DNA from: an uncultured Gammaproteobacteria bacterium
Lineage (GTDB): Bacteria; Patescibacteriota; Microgenomatia; UBA8517
Direction: 5' to 3'
Length of the DNA: 64,000 nucleotides
NCBI GenBank assembly: GCA_965231135.1
Contig: OZ246419.1
Span: 385,488 to 449,487, forward strand
In this document: one piece after another, positions 47,754 through 56,877 of the stretch
Numbering within the stretch: the first letter of the stretch is position 1
How the letters are laid out: each line of letters starts with the position of its first letter
Notes under the pieces: generated by a model
What the model was told of the DNA's origin: nothing
The model's database searches: none
Seen by the model: only the letters and a program-made list of their open reading frames with translations
Made by a program: the position numbers and the translations under genes

Positions 47754-49007
47754 ATGAAAAAAATAAAAGTTTCTATTCAAGACGAAAACACTTTGGTGCT
47801 ATTGGAGGATGCTCAAAAAGGTGATTTGGTTGATCTTAAATCAATACATGAAACAGATATTGATAAATCTTCAATCGATAACCTAATTAAATCAATCAAA
47901 ACGGATGAGTTTGATACGCAATTAGAAGTTGCGAAACGTAGTATAGAAAAAGAGAAAAGACTTGAAGCTGAAATTAAAGAAAAGGAAGCACTTGCAAAAA
48001 GAGACCAGGAAATTGCAGCTCTGAACATAAGAATTCAGACAGCAGATATTGAGAAAAAACTTGCTGTTACAGAAGCAACAAAAAAAATTGAGAAAGAACG
48101 AAATGATTTAGTTAATGAAGTAAGAAATAAAGAGATAGAAAAACAATTACTTGAGAAGTCTCTAACCGAGAAATTTTCTGCCGAACTTAAGACTAAAGAT
48201 GATGTTATCAAGATGAAAGATGATGAGATTGCTCTTCGTAAAGATATGAAACTTAGATTGTCAACAAAAATGGTAGGCGAAACATTAGAGCAACATTGTG
48301 AGGTGGAATTTAACAAACTTCGAGCTACTGCTTTTCCAAAGGCCTATTTTGAAAAAGATAATGATTCTAGAAGTGGGAGTAAGGGAGACTACATTTATAG
48401 AGATGTGGATGAATCTGGTACTGAAATAATTTCAATTATGTTTGAGATGAAAAACGAAGGAGACGAGACGGCTACAAAACATAAGAACGAGGATTTTTTA
48501 CAAGAACTTGATAAAGATCGATTAGAAAAAAAATGTGAGTATGCTGTTTTGGTTACGTTATTGGAAATTGATAATGATTTATATAACTCCGGTATTGTTG
48601 ATGTTTCGCATAAATACCCCAAAATGTATGTAGTCCGTCCTCAGTTTTTTATTCCTATAATAACAGTGCTTCATAATGCTGCTATGAATTCACTTAAATA
48701 TAAGACAGAGCTTGCATTGGTGAGAAGTCAAAATATTGATATTACAAATTTTGAGAATGATATAAATAAATTTAAGGAAGGGTTTGCAGGTAATTTTGAT
48801 CTTGCTAGCCGTAAATTTAAAACAGCTATAGATGAAATTGATAAAACGATGGATCATTTACAGAAAACGAAAGAGGCTTTATTGTCATCTGTGAATAATC
48901 TTAGGCTTGCAAATAGTAAAGCACAGGATTTAACTATCAAGAAATTAACGCGTGGTAATCCTACAATGACAGCAAAATTTGAAGAAATAAATCAGAAAAT
49001 CAGTTGA
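47754..49007 (+). CDS. coiled-coil protein with C-terminal RmuC/DUF2130-like predicted PD-(D/E)XK domain
   Basis: Residues about 60-170 are Lys/Glu-rich heptad-like coiled coil. Downstream, [28 protein letters not shown] has a D...hhhExK arrangement, followed by [16 protein letters not shown]...YAVLV...GIVDVS, reminiscent of DUF2130/RmuC proteins. Assignment is from memory. Confidence 0.4.
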   Translation: MKKIKVSIQDENTLVLLEDAQKGDLVDLKSIHETDIDKSSIDNLIKSIKTDEFDTQLEVAKRSIEKEKRLEAEIKEKEALAKRDQEIAALNIRIQTADIEKKLAVTEATKKIEKERNDLVNEVRNKEIEKQLLEKSLTEKFSAELKTKDDVIKMKDDEIALRKDMKLRLSTKMVGETLEQHCEVEFNKLRATAFPKAYFEKDNDSRSGSKGDYIYRDVDESGTEIISIMFEMKNEGDETATKHKNEDFLQELDKDRLEKKCEYAVLVTLLEIDNDLYNSGIVDVSHKYPKMYVVRPQFFIPIITVLHNAAMNSLKYKTELALVRSQNIDITNFENDINKFKEGFAGNFDLASRKFKTAIDEIDKTMDHLQKTKEALLSSVNNLRLANSKAQDLTIKKLTRGNPTMTAKFEEINQKIS

Positions 49008-49110
49008 TCATACTCATGGAATGTATGGAGATTTGCAGGGAATAATTGGAAAATCTCTTCCTGAAATTGAAACACTTGCAATTGACACTGGAGAGAACTA
49101 GGATTTAGTT

Positions 49111-49509
49111 ATGAAAGGATACAAAGCAAATATTGAAGAGCTGGTTTCTAAAAATGAATATTTTAGACAAGTTCTTTATACTTCAAAACATTCGCAGTTA
49201 GTTTTGATGACATTAAAACCTTCTGAAGAAATTGGTATGGAAATCCATCCTGATAATGACCAGTTTTTCCGTTTTGAAAGCGGACAGGGAAAGGTAATTA
49301 TTGATGGAAATGAGTATGATGTAAATGGAGGGGATGTTGTTATTGTTCCGGCCGGAGCAAATCATAATGTGATCAATGTGTCATCTGGAGAATATTTAAA
49401 AATGTACACCATTTATTCTCCAGCTCATCACAGAGATGGAGTTATACATAAAACAAAAGAAGAAGCAGAGGCAGATGACGAAAAATTTGATGGCAAAACG
49501 ACAGAATAA
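49111..49509 (+). CDS. cupin domain protein
   Basis: Cupin motif 2 G(x)5PxG(x)2H(x)3N is present as GDVVIVPAGANHNV. Motif 1 is partial (GMEIHPDND...E). Confidence 0.6.
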   Translation: MKGYKANIEELVSKNEYFRQVLYTSKHSQLVLMTLKPSEEIGMEIHPDNDQFFRFESGQGKVIIDGNEYDVNGGDVVIVPAGANHNVINVSSGEYLKMYTIYSPAHHRDGVIHKTKEEAEADDEKFDGKTTE

Positions 49510-49992
49510 ATGAAAATAAACGGTAGTTTTAAATGGAATAACAAAGATATAAATTTTACTTACAAAGATATTGATTCATTTAGCGATATTCCACTTGAAA
49601 AAATAAGACAATGTTATGGAGTTTGTTTTTATCAGAATAAAATTGTACTTGGTGTTTATAAAGATCACTGGAGTTTGATTGGAGGCACTAGGGAAAAGGG
49701 AGAAAAGCCAGAGGAGACACTGAGAAGGGAAATTTTAGAAGAATCAAATATGGAATTAATTAATTATTTGCCTATTGGTTTTCAGTATATTCCAGGCGAT
49801 GGTTCTAATGACTTTTATCAGCTAAGATATATATGTAAGGTAAAACCTTATGGTGACTTTGTTAAAGATCCGGGTGGAAACGTTACTGGTATAGAAATTA
49901 TAAATTCTGAGGATTTCTTGAATTATGTAAAGTGGGGAAAGGTAGGAGAAAGAATTTTGGAGAGAGCTATTGAATTAAAAGATAAAATATAA
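49510..49992 (+). CDS. NUDIX hydrolase
   Basis: Nudix box GGTREKGEKPEETLRREILEESNM fits Gx5Ex7REUxEExGU, with the terminal G replaced by N. The start codon directly abuts the cupin stop. Confidence 0.7.
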   Translation: MKINGSFKWNNKDINFTYKDIDSFSDIPLEKIRQCYGVCFYQNKIVLGVYKDHWSLIGGTREKGEKPEETLRREILEESNMELINYLPIGFQYIPGDGSNDFYQLRYICKVKPYGDFVKDPGGNVTGIEIINSEDFLNYVKWGKVGERILERAIELKDKI

Positions 49993-50226
49993 ATGGTAAA
50001 AAAGAAAAAAGATTTATGGTTTAGGGCAAAATATTATGGTTATGGATGGTTTCCTATTACCTGGCAGGGATGGGTTGTTGTTATAACTGCAGCTGCCGCA
50101 ATTTTTTTGATTGCTGTAAAGGGAAGAGGACTAGATATTGCAATTGGTGTGCCAATAATTGCCTTTATTTTAATTTGTATTTGCCGAGCGAAAGGCGAAC
50201 CGGCAAGATGGCGATGGGGGAAATAA
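49993..50226 (+). CDS. small 2-TM membrane protein
   Basis: 77 aa with two hydrophobic helices. The start codon directly abuts the NUDIX stop. Confidence 0.4.
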   Translation: MVKKKKDLWFRAKYYGYGWFPITWQGWVVVITAAAAIFLIAVKGRGLDIAIGVPIIAFILICICRAKGEPARWRWGK

Positions 50227-50270
50227 GTGAACTTCAAAATATAATTGTACTATAGGTATATAATATAAGC

Positions 50271-50609
50271 ATGACAGAAATAAGTAATCCTTGTATTGAA
50301 AGTGGCTGCCAAGCCGCATGCTGCCATGATATGTGGTTTCAAAATATCCCCTTGCAAAAACTACCAAATCTTAAGAAATTTTTTGGAGAAATGACTCAAA
50401 TTGAATATTGGGATCTTGGTGCTGAATCAAAACGAGGTGTTTTTTATTGTATTTCTGGAGATAAAATATTAATGCATATAAATAAAATGTGTCCAAAAAA
50501 TAAAGGTCTTTATTGCCTGGGAAAAAACGATCCAGACAGACCGCAAGCTTGTGACAATATGGCTTTTGCTTCAAATGAATGTAGTCATATTCGAAATACT
50601 CGAAACTAG
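50271..50609 (+). CDS. cysteine-rich small protein (possible metal-binding), hypothetical
   Basis: CIESGCQAACCHD cluster plus additional Cys (CISGD, MCPKNKGLYC, ACDN, ECSH). A TATAAT-like box sits about 10 nt upstream. Confidence 0.4.
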   Translation: MTEISNPCIESGCQAACCHDMWFQNIPLQKLPNLKKFFGEMTQIEYWDLGAESKRGVFYCISGDKILMHINKMCPKNKGLYCLGKNDPDRPQACDNMAFASNECSHIRNTRN

Positions 50610-50631
50610 TGATATATTATAATTTACTAAT

Positions 50632-51465
50632 ATGCCTGATAAATATAAAGCAGTTTGGGTTTCTCATTCTTCAATAGCTGATTTTTTAAAATGCCCGAGA
50701 CTTTATTATCTTCGTAATGTTTATAAAGATAAAAAAACTGGACATAAAATCACAATTATGACTCCTCCTCTTGCTTTGGGGCAATCTGTGCATGAAGTAA
50801 TTGAATCTCTATCTTTTTTACCAGTTGAAGAGAGATTTAATGCAAAAATTTTTGAAAAATACGATGAAGCTTGGAAAAAAGTATCCGGGAAACTTGGAGG
50901 CTTTAGGGATTTAGAAAAAGAAAAAGAATATAAAGAAAGAGGAAGAGCAATGCTTCAAGTGATTATTGATAATCCAGGACCGCTTTCTCATAAGGCAATT
51001 AAAATACGAGCAGACGGAGGGCTTCCGTATTACTTTCTATCAGAAGAAGAAAATATTATTTTGTGCGGCAAAATTGACTGGATTGAATATTTAGAAGAAA
51101 CGGACGCTATAAATATTTTAGATTTTAAAACGGGAAAAAACGAAGAAGACGAAGATTCGCTGCAACTTCCAATTTATTATTTACTTGCAAAAAATTTACA
51201 AAAAAGAAAAGTTGAAAAAATAAGCTATTGGTATTTGGATCATCAAAATCCAAAAGATATTGTGGAAATGGAAATTCCAAATGAAATTGATGCAAAAACC
51301 AGAGTTTATGAAGTTGCAAAAAGAATAAAACTTGCAAGACAAATTGAGCTTTTCAAATGCCCAAAGGGAGGATGTTTTGCCTGCCGAGATTTAGAGAGAG
51401 TTTATAACGGTGAGGGAGAAAAAGTGGGCGAGAGCGAATATCGACAGGATATTTATATTTTGTAA
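50632..51465 (+). CDS. PD-(D/E)XK nuclease, Cas4/RecB-like with four-Cys cluster (second paralog)
   Basis: N-terminal Cys (FLKCPRLYY). Motif II GKIDWIEY, motif III ILDFKTGK, QxxxY LQLPIYYLL, and C-terminal CPKGGCFAC. Confidence 0.6.
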   Translation: MPDKYKAVWVSHSSIADFLKCPRLYYLRNVYKDKKTGHKITIMTPPLALGQSVHEVIESLSFLPVEERFNAKIFEKYDEAWKKVSGKLGGFRDLEKEKEYKERGRAMLQVIIDNPGPLSHKAIKIRADGGLPYYFLSEEENIILCGKIDWIEYLEETDAINILDFKTGKNEEDEDSLQLPIYYLLAKNLQKRKVEKISYWYLDHQNPKDIVEMEIPNEIDAKTRVYEVAKRIKLARQIELFKCPKGGCFACRDLERVYNGEGEKVGESEYRQDIYIL

Positions 51466-52524
51466 TCAAAGATTTTGATTTATATAATTTTTAACCTGTG
51501 TAAAATCCTGATTGCCTGCCTTTGGAACTAAAATAAATTCTCCGTCACTACTTGTACTATTTTGTAAAACATTATCACTTGTTAATTGAATTTGATTGAT
51601 TTTGTATAATCCTGGATCTCCGAAAACTTCACTTAAACTTTTAATTGTCCCAAGATCTAAATCAGTTTTGACCATACTAAATAAAGTACTTACTGTGTTA
51701 TCTAATTTGTTTAACGAGCGAAGCGATATGAGCTTTTGCATAATACCTTGAAGCTCTGCAAATTGCCTTAAACTTCTTGCAAAATCAGAATCTCCGTGGC
51801 GGCTTCTGGCAATTTTTAAAGCAGTTGCACCATCTATATTATATTTTTGACCTTGCTGATACTGGAGATGTTCATAGCGGCAGGTAAATTGTTTTTCTAA
51901 ATCAAATCCGCTTTGGCCATATTTATTTTTTAGATCAAAAATCTGTGCGTCAGTAAAACCGCAGGTGTTATTTTCTTGGCCTATTATTGGGTAATATGGA
52001 TCATCAAGAGTGTTTGGCATGATAATTGTAATTCCTCCTAAATTATCGACTAATTTTGAATACTCGTCAAAATCTATTGCAACATAATAATTGATTGGTA
52101 AACCTGTGACATTTGTGGTTGCAGCGCCGACATTGGCAAATCCAGAAATTGCTCCAACAGAATTTATTTTTTGATTTCCTGGAACCCAAAGATCACGGGG
52201 AATTGAAATTAGATCGGCATTTTTGGTATTTGTGTTTACATGGAGAACGATAATACTATCTGTAAGATCTGTCCCTTCATGATTCCCTCCTCCATAACCT
52301 AAAAGAAGTGCATTATAAATTCCTTTTTCAGGATTATTTTGGTTAATTGGAGCTGGAGTAGCTTTGGCAAAGGAATTTACAGTAGAAGGATGATTGTAAG
52401 CAGAGCTTGTCACGATTACGTGATAAACCGCAAAGCCAGTTGCTGAAATCAAGATTCCTGATAAAAAAGAACAAATTAAAATAATTGCCAGAAACCATTT
52501 TTTGTTTAAATATTTTTGTAACAT
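51466..52524 (-). CDS. LCP family protein (LytR-CpsA-Psr glycopolymer transferase)
   Basis: N-terminal TM, then LLGYGGGNHEGTDLTDSIIVLHVN...ISIPRDLWV, which are LCP-domain signatures. Confidence 0.8.
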   Translation of the reverse strand: MLQKYLNKKWFLAIILICSFLSGILISATGFAVYHVIVTSSAYNHPSTVNSFAKATPAPINQNNPEKGIYNALLLGYGGGNHEGTDLTDSIIVLHVNTNTKNADLISIPRDLWVPGNQKINSVGAISGFANVGAATTNVTGLPINYYVAIDFDEYSKLVDNLGGITIIMPNTLDDPYYPIIGQENNTCGFTDAQIFDLKNKYGQSGFDLEKQFTCRYEHLQYQQGQKYNIDGATALKIARSRHGDSDFARSLRQFAELQGIMQKLISLRSLNKLDNTVSTLFSMVKTDLDLGTIKSLSEVFGDPGLYKINQIQLTSDNVLQNSTSSDGEFILVPKAGNQDFTQVKNYINQNL

Positions 52525-52548
52525 TTATTATTTATGTTAGCATGAATT

Positions 52549-52935
52549 ATGGATTTGGGTTGGTATAGCTCGTTAAATAAACCTTTGTTTACTCCTCCAG
52601 TTTCTGCTTTTGGACCAGTTTGGACTATTTTATATATATTTATTGCAATCTCCGGTTTTTTAATTTGGAAGAAAAGGAAAAAAATAAAAAGCCACTCGCC
52701 CTTTAGATATTATTTTTTACAAATTATTTTAAATTTGATTTGGTCGCCAGTATTTTTTGGACTGCACCAGATTGGCTTAGCATTTTTAATAATTGTTGCC
52801 ATGTGGATTCTTGTTTACAAAAATATTGTTGAATTTCAAAAGATTGATAAAACTGCGGCAATTCTTCTCTATCCATATTTGGGATGGATAACTATTGCAG
52901 GGCTTCTTAATTTGTCAGTTATGCTTCTAAACTAA
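52549..52935 (+). CDS. tspO: TspO/MBR family tryptophan-rich sensory protein
   Basis: WYSSLNKPLFTPPVSAFGPVWTILY start and 5 TM helices typical of TspO. Confidence 0.7.
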   Translation: MDLGWYSSLNKPLFTPPVSAFGPVWTILYIFIAISGFLIWKKRKKIKSHSPFRYYFLQIILNLIWSPVFFGLHQIGLAFLIIVAMWILVYKNIVEFQKIDKTAAILLYPYLGWITIAGLLNLSVMLLN

Positions 52936-52959
52936 CTTGATTTAAGTTATACTAGGCGT

Positions 52960-54267
52960 ATGGTAAGCCTTGATGAAATTGTAGCTTTATGTAAGCGACG
53001 CGGATTTATTTTTCCTGGAAGCGAAATTTATGGAGGACTTGGAGGGACTTGGGATTACGGACCAACAGGATCACTTCTTAAGAAAAATTTGAAAGATCTT
53101 TGGTGGAAAGAAATGGTGCAGCTTCGTGACGATGTTGTGGGAGTGGATGCTGCAATTATGATGAATCCAAAAGCCTGGGAAGCATCAGGACATGTTGAAG
53201 CCTTTACTGATCCATTAGTTGAATGCAAAATTTGCCATATGAGATTTAGGGCTGATAAGCCTGAAGAAATTGCAGCGCATGAAAAGACTCATAAAGGGAA
53301 AAAAGTCGAATGGACAGCCCCAATGAAATTTAATTTATTGGTTGAGGCGAAACTTGGAGTTGTGGAGGATGCTAAGCAGACTATATATCTTCGAGGGGAG
53401 ATTACAAACGGAGTACATGTTAATTTTAGGAATGTGGTGGATTCAACTCGTGTAAAAATTCCTTTTGGAATTGCACAAATTGGAAAAGCATTTAGAAATG
53501 AAATAACTCCCGGAAATTTTACTTTTAGATCCCGTGAATTTGAACAGATGGAAGTGCAATTTTATATTCATCCCTCTGAAAAAGAAGGTAAGACATGGTT
53601 TGAATATTGGAAACAAAACAGAATGGATTGGTATTTAAGCTTAGGAATGAAAAAAGAGAACTTGAGATTTCGCGATCATGAAGATGATGAACGCGCTCAC
53701 TATGCAAGAATGGCAACTGATATTGAATACAATTCTCCTTGGGGTTGGAGCGAATTTATGGGAATTCATCATCGCGGAGACTGGGATTTATCGCGCCATC
53801 AGAAGTTTTCTGGAAAAAGTATGGAATATTTTGACCAAGCTAAAAATGAAAAATATATTCCTTGGGATATTGAAACTTCTGCTGGAGTTGATCGATCCAT
53901 TTTGTTTTTATTAATCGATTCATATGTAAAAGATGATGAGCGAGTGTATTTAAAATTAAATCCAAAGCTTGCTCCTTATAAAGCTGCAATATTTCCTCTT
54001 CTTTCTAATAAGGAAGAGCTAATTAAAAAAGCAAAAGGAATTTATGAAAAATTGAAACCACTTTATATGGTTGCTTGGGATGATAGGGGGAACATTGGAA
54101 AGCGTTATGCAAGCCAGGATGAAATTGGAACACCATTTTGCATAACTGTGGATTTCCAAACTCTTGAAGACGAGGCTGTAACAGTACGAGATCGAGATAC
54201 TGCGAAACAGGAAAGGATTAAAATTGATAAGCTTCAGGAATTTTTAGAAGAGAAAATAAACTCTTGA
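52960..54267 (+). CDS. glyQS: glycine--tRNA ligase (class II, dimeric alpha2 type)
   Basis: N-terminus LCKRRGFIFPGSEIYGGLGGTWDYGPTG, class II motifs FRNEITPGNFTFRSREFEQMEVQFY and GVDRSILF, and a C-terminal anticodon-binding domain. Confidence 0.95.
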   Translation: MVSLDEIVALCKRRGFIFPGSEIYGGLGGTWDYGPTGSLLKKNLKDLWWKEMVQLRDDVVGVDAAIMMNPKAWEASGHVEAFTDPLVECKICHMRFRADKPEEIAAHEKTHKGKKVEWTAPMKFNLLVEAKLGVVEDAKQTIYLRGEITNGVHVNFRNVVDSTRVKIPFGIAQIGKAFRNEITPGNFTFRSREFEQMEVQFYIHPSEKEGKTWFEYWKQNRMDWYLSLGMKKENLRFRDHEDDERAHYARMATDIEYNSPWGWSEFMGIHHRGDWDLSRHQKFSGKSMEYFDQAKNEKYIPWDIETSAGVDRSILFLLIDSYVKDDERVYLKLNPKLAPYKAAIFPLLSNKEELIKKAKGIYEKLKPLYMVAWDDRGNIGKRYASQDEIGTPFCITVDFQTLEDEAVTVRDRDTAKQERIKIDKLQEFLEEKINS

Positions 54268-54294
54268 CACTTCATAAATAAAACTGGCATCATT

Positions 54295-54618
54295 GTGAGG
54301 GTTTTGATGAGAACAGAAGCAAACACTTCAATAAAAAGATATCTAATTTCTACTGATGGAGAAGAATATTTTGCAGATGAGTATATTTGGATGTTTGGTC
54401 CTGAATGCAGTGATGGATATTTTGTTCCTACTGAGGTGATAAGAATGCCTTATTTGAAAGTTTTAGGTTTTATTGTTGGTAGAAATACAACTTGTGAAAA
54501 TTGTATTTTTGATCGGAAATCATTTGATGGTTATCTAAATCTAGACGAGAATGAAATCAAGGTTTTTTGGGAGGGATTCAATATGGGACAAGTTGAAAAC
54601 TTGACAGGGATAAAATAA
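54295..54618 (+). CDS. hypothetical protein
   Basis: 107-aa ORF between glyQS and the next gene. No motif recognised. Confidence 0.35.
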   Translation: MRVLMRTEANTSIKRYLISTDGEEYFADEYIWMFGPECSDGYFVPTEVIRMPYLKVLGFIVGRNTTCENCIFDRKSFDGYLNLDENEIKVFWEGFNMGQVENLTGIK

Positions 54619-54636
54619 AACTGGCAATATATATTT

Positions 54637-55305
54637 ATGAATTATAAAAAGTACTGGCCGTTTGTTGCTGTAATTGTTTTTGCAATAGTTGTTGTCGGCG
54701 GTATCTTTGCATTTAAGAAATTAACTGCACCTATTGATAACGGTAGTACTTCAGTTGATGAAAGTGTTCCTGACCTTCCACAAAGCCAGTGGCCAATTGT
54801 TGAGCTTATTCCAAGCAGCGATGGCCATTATGTTTCTTTAAATGTAACTGGAATTAATGTTCCGACTGCAACTTCTATGGATTATATTTTGGAATATAAG
54901 GCAAATAACGGAGTGGGGCAAACCACGCAAGGAGTTCCTGGGACAATACAGCTTAATGGCCAAACTGGAGTTAGCCGCGATAGTATTTTGCTTGGAAGTG
55001 AATCTTCAGGACATATCAGATTTGATAGTGGGGTTGAAACAGGTCAGCTTACTTTAAGATTTCGGGATGGAAACGGAAAACTTCTGGGGAAAGTTGTTAG
55101 CGATTGGCATTTGCAAACAAATACAACTGATTTAAGCAGTGTTGATGGTAGTTTTAAATATACATTGAGCAAAGCTGCAACGGGAGTTTGGTTTATAACG
55201 ATTAAACCATTTGGGACACCAAGCTCTCCAAATCTTGTGGTTAATCAAAATGGATATGCAATTTATTCTTCAGATGGCAAGCCTCATGCAGGAAGCTCGA
55301 ATTAA
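54637..55305 (+). CDS. membrane-anchored hypothetical protein (N-terminal TM, beta-rich extracytoplasmic domain)
   Basis: N-terminal WPFVAVIVFAIVVVGGIFAF helix, followed by a Gly/Ser/Thr-rich domain. Confidence 0.45.
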   Translation: MNYKKYWPFVAVIVFAIVVVGGIFAFKKLTAPIDNGSTSVDESVPDLPQSQWPIVELIPSSDGHYVSLNVTGINVPTATSMDYILEYKANNGVGQTTQGVPGTIQLNGQTGVSRDSILLGSESSGHIRFDSGVETGQLTLRFRDGNGKLLGKVVSDWHLQTNTTDLSSVDGSFKYTLSKAATGVWFITIKPFGTPSSPNLVVNQNGYAIYSSDGKPHAGSSN

Positions 55306-55540
55306 TGCTCGTTTTCGTCTTCTGACCTGTTATCTTCAATTAATTGTTGTGTGATTGCTTTTAAGTTATTTTGTTTAAATTTATTCAACTCGTTTGGAAA
55401 AAATACTCCTTCTTCGATAGTTAAACGACGGTTTTTTTGTAATAATGACGCAATTTTGTAGTGTTCGTTTGTTTTGCGATTATTTTCTGTTGTCATATTT
55501 AGATTATAGCATGTTCTATTTTGTTCGGTGAATATTCCTG

Positions 55541-55592
55541 TTGACATTGCGTGAAAAAAACTTCAGAATGGATAAAAGTGGTGAGAAGTGTC
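55541..55592 (+). promoter_or_regulatory. candidate mraZ promoter (TTGACA-17-CAGAAT) with three direct AAGTG-like repeats at 10-bp spacing (putative MraZ operator)
   Basis: TTGACA at 55541-55546. CAGAAT at 55564-55569. gAATGg at 55566-70, AAGTGg at 55576-80 and AAGTGt at 55586-90, about 30 nt upstream of the mraZ ATG. Confidence 0.4.
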
Positions 55593-55621
55593 ACCAATAA
55601 GCCTGCCCAGACTTATAGAAA

Positions 55622-56059
55622 ATGATAATTGGGTCGTACGAAAGCAGTTTGGGCGATAAAAGGCGAACGGCAGTTCCTAGAAAATTTCTAGGAGAGCTTG
55701 GGGAAGAATTTATTGTAGCTAAATGGTATGAGAATTGTCTGGTTTTAGTTAGTAATGAATTTTGGAATAAAGTAATTGATCGATTAACTGGCGGAACAAA
55801 AGTTTTAGAGCTTGGGGTAAGAGATATAGATAGATTTATTATCGGAAGTGCGTTTCAGGTTACGCCAGATGAGCAGGGAAGAATAATTATTCCAGAAATT
55901 TTGGCACAATATGCACATTTAGAAAGAGATTTAATATTTGTAGGGCTTGGAGATAGAGTCGAGATCTGGAATAAAAATGATTGGGATTTGAAAAGTGTTG
56001 AAGTAGCAAAAACTACAAAGGAATTTATTGAAAGTTTGTCAGAGAGGAATAAAAAATGA
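55622..56059 (+). CDS. mraZ: transcriptional regulator MraZ
   Basis: Tandem SpoVT/AbrB-like halves (GDKRRTAVPRKF and DEQGRIIIPEIL). First gene of the dcw cluster. Confidence 0.85.
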   Translation: MIIGSYESSLGDKRRTAVPRKFLGELGEEFIVAKWYENCLVLVSNEFWNKVIDRLTGGTKVLELGVRDIDRFIIGSAFQVTPDEQGRIIIPEILAQYAHLERDLIFVGLGDRVEIWNKNDWDLKSVEVAKTTKEFIESLSERNKK

Positions 56060-56877
56060 CAGTTTTACACGAGCCAGTACTTTTGAAAGAGGTGATTGAA
56101 GAATTGCACATTAAAAATCAAGGAAAGTATATTGACGCAACAGAAGGAGCGGGAGGTTATACAAAAGCAATTGTCGATGCCGGAGGAGAAGTTTTGGGAA
56201 TTGATGCAGATGATTCAATGCTTGAAATTGCAAAACAGAATGTTGATAGCGAGAAAGCAAAATTGGTTAACGGAAATTTTAGAAATATTAAAGAGATTGC
56301 AACTCGTTATGACTTTTACCCAGCTGATGGAATTGTTTTTGATCTGGGGATAAGCAATGTACATTTTGCAGATGAAAAAAGAGGCTTTTCGTTTAAAAAT
56401 CCTGATGCGATTTTGGATATGAGACTAAATTCAGAAACGCAAGGAGTTATGGCGAAAGATTTATTAAATGGTTTGAGAGAAGATCAGCTTGAAGAATTAT
56501 TTGGACGAAGCTTGGCTTTGAGAATTATTAATTTTAGAAAGCAGAAATTATTTGAAAAAGTTGGTGATCTTTTAAGTTTATTTCCGGAGAAAAAGTTTGC
56601 GGATAAAACACATCCAGCGACTAAAGCATTTTTAATGTTACGTATTGCAGTCAATAGCGAACTTGAGAATTTAAAGGAAACCTTGCCGCAGGCAATTGAA
56701 ATTTTAAAGCCTGGGGGAAGACTTGTTGTTGTTAGTTTTAATTCGTCGGAAGACGAAATTGTGAAGCATTATTTACAAAGCAAAAGTTTTGTATTGCCGA
56801 GTGATGAGGAAATAAAAAGAAATCCAAAATCACGAAGCGCAATTTTGAGAAGTTATGTCAAAAAAAATAACTCGTAA
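56056..56877 (+). CDS. rsmH: 16S rRNA (cytosine1402-N4)-methyltransferase RsmH (MraW)
   Basis: HEPVLLKEVIEEL start and YIDATEGAGGYTKA AdoMet motif. ATGA overlap with mraZ. Confidence 0.8.
   Translation: MTVLHEPVLLKEVIEELHIKNQGKYIDATEGAGGYTKAIVDAGGEVLGIDADDSMLEIAKQNVDSEKAKLVNGNFRNIKEIATRYDFYPADGIVFDLGISNVHFADEKRGFSFKNPDAILDMRLNSETQGVMAKDLLNGLREDQLEELFGRSLALRIINFRKQKLFEKVGDLLSLFPEKKFADKTHPATKAFLMLRIAVNSELENLKETLPQAIEILKPGGRLVVVSFNSSEDEIVKHYLQSKSFVLPSDEEIKRNPKSRSAILRSYVKKNNS

Noticed and set aside
46311-51465. Possible CRISPR-Cas locus, suggested by two Cas4-like nucleases
   Set aside because: No direct-repeat/spacer array and no cas1/cas2 or effector genes are visible in the window. The Cas4-like proteins are better read as stand-alone PD-(D/E)XK nucleases.
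55302-55547. 81-aa minus-strand ORF upstream of mraZ
   Set aside because: The product is extremely polar with no hydrophobic core or motif. It overlaps the 3' end of the upstream gene, and its start codon is the complement of the putative mraZ -35 region. It is most likely a chance ORF in the mraZ leader/promoter region.
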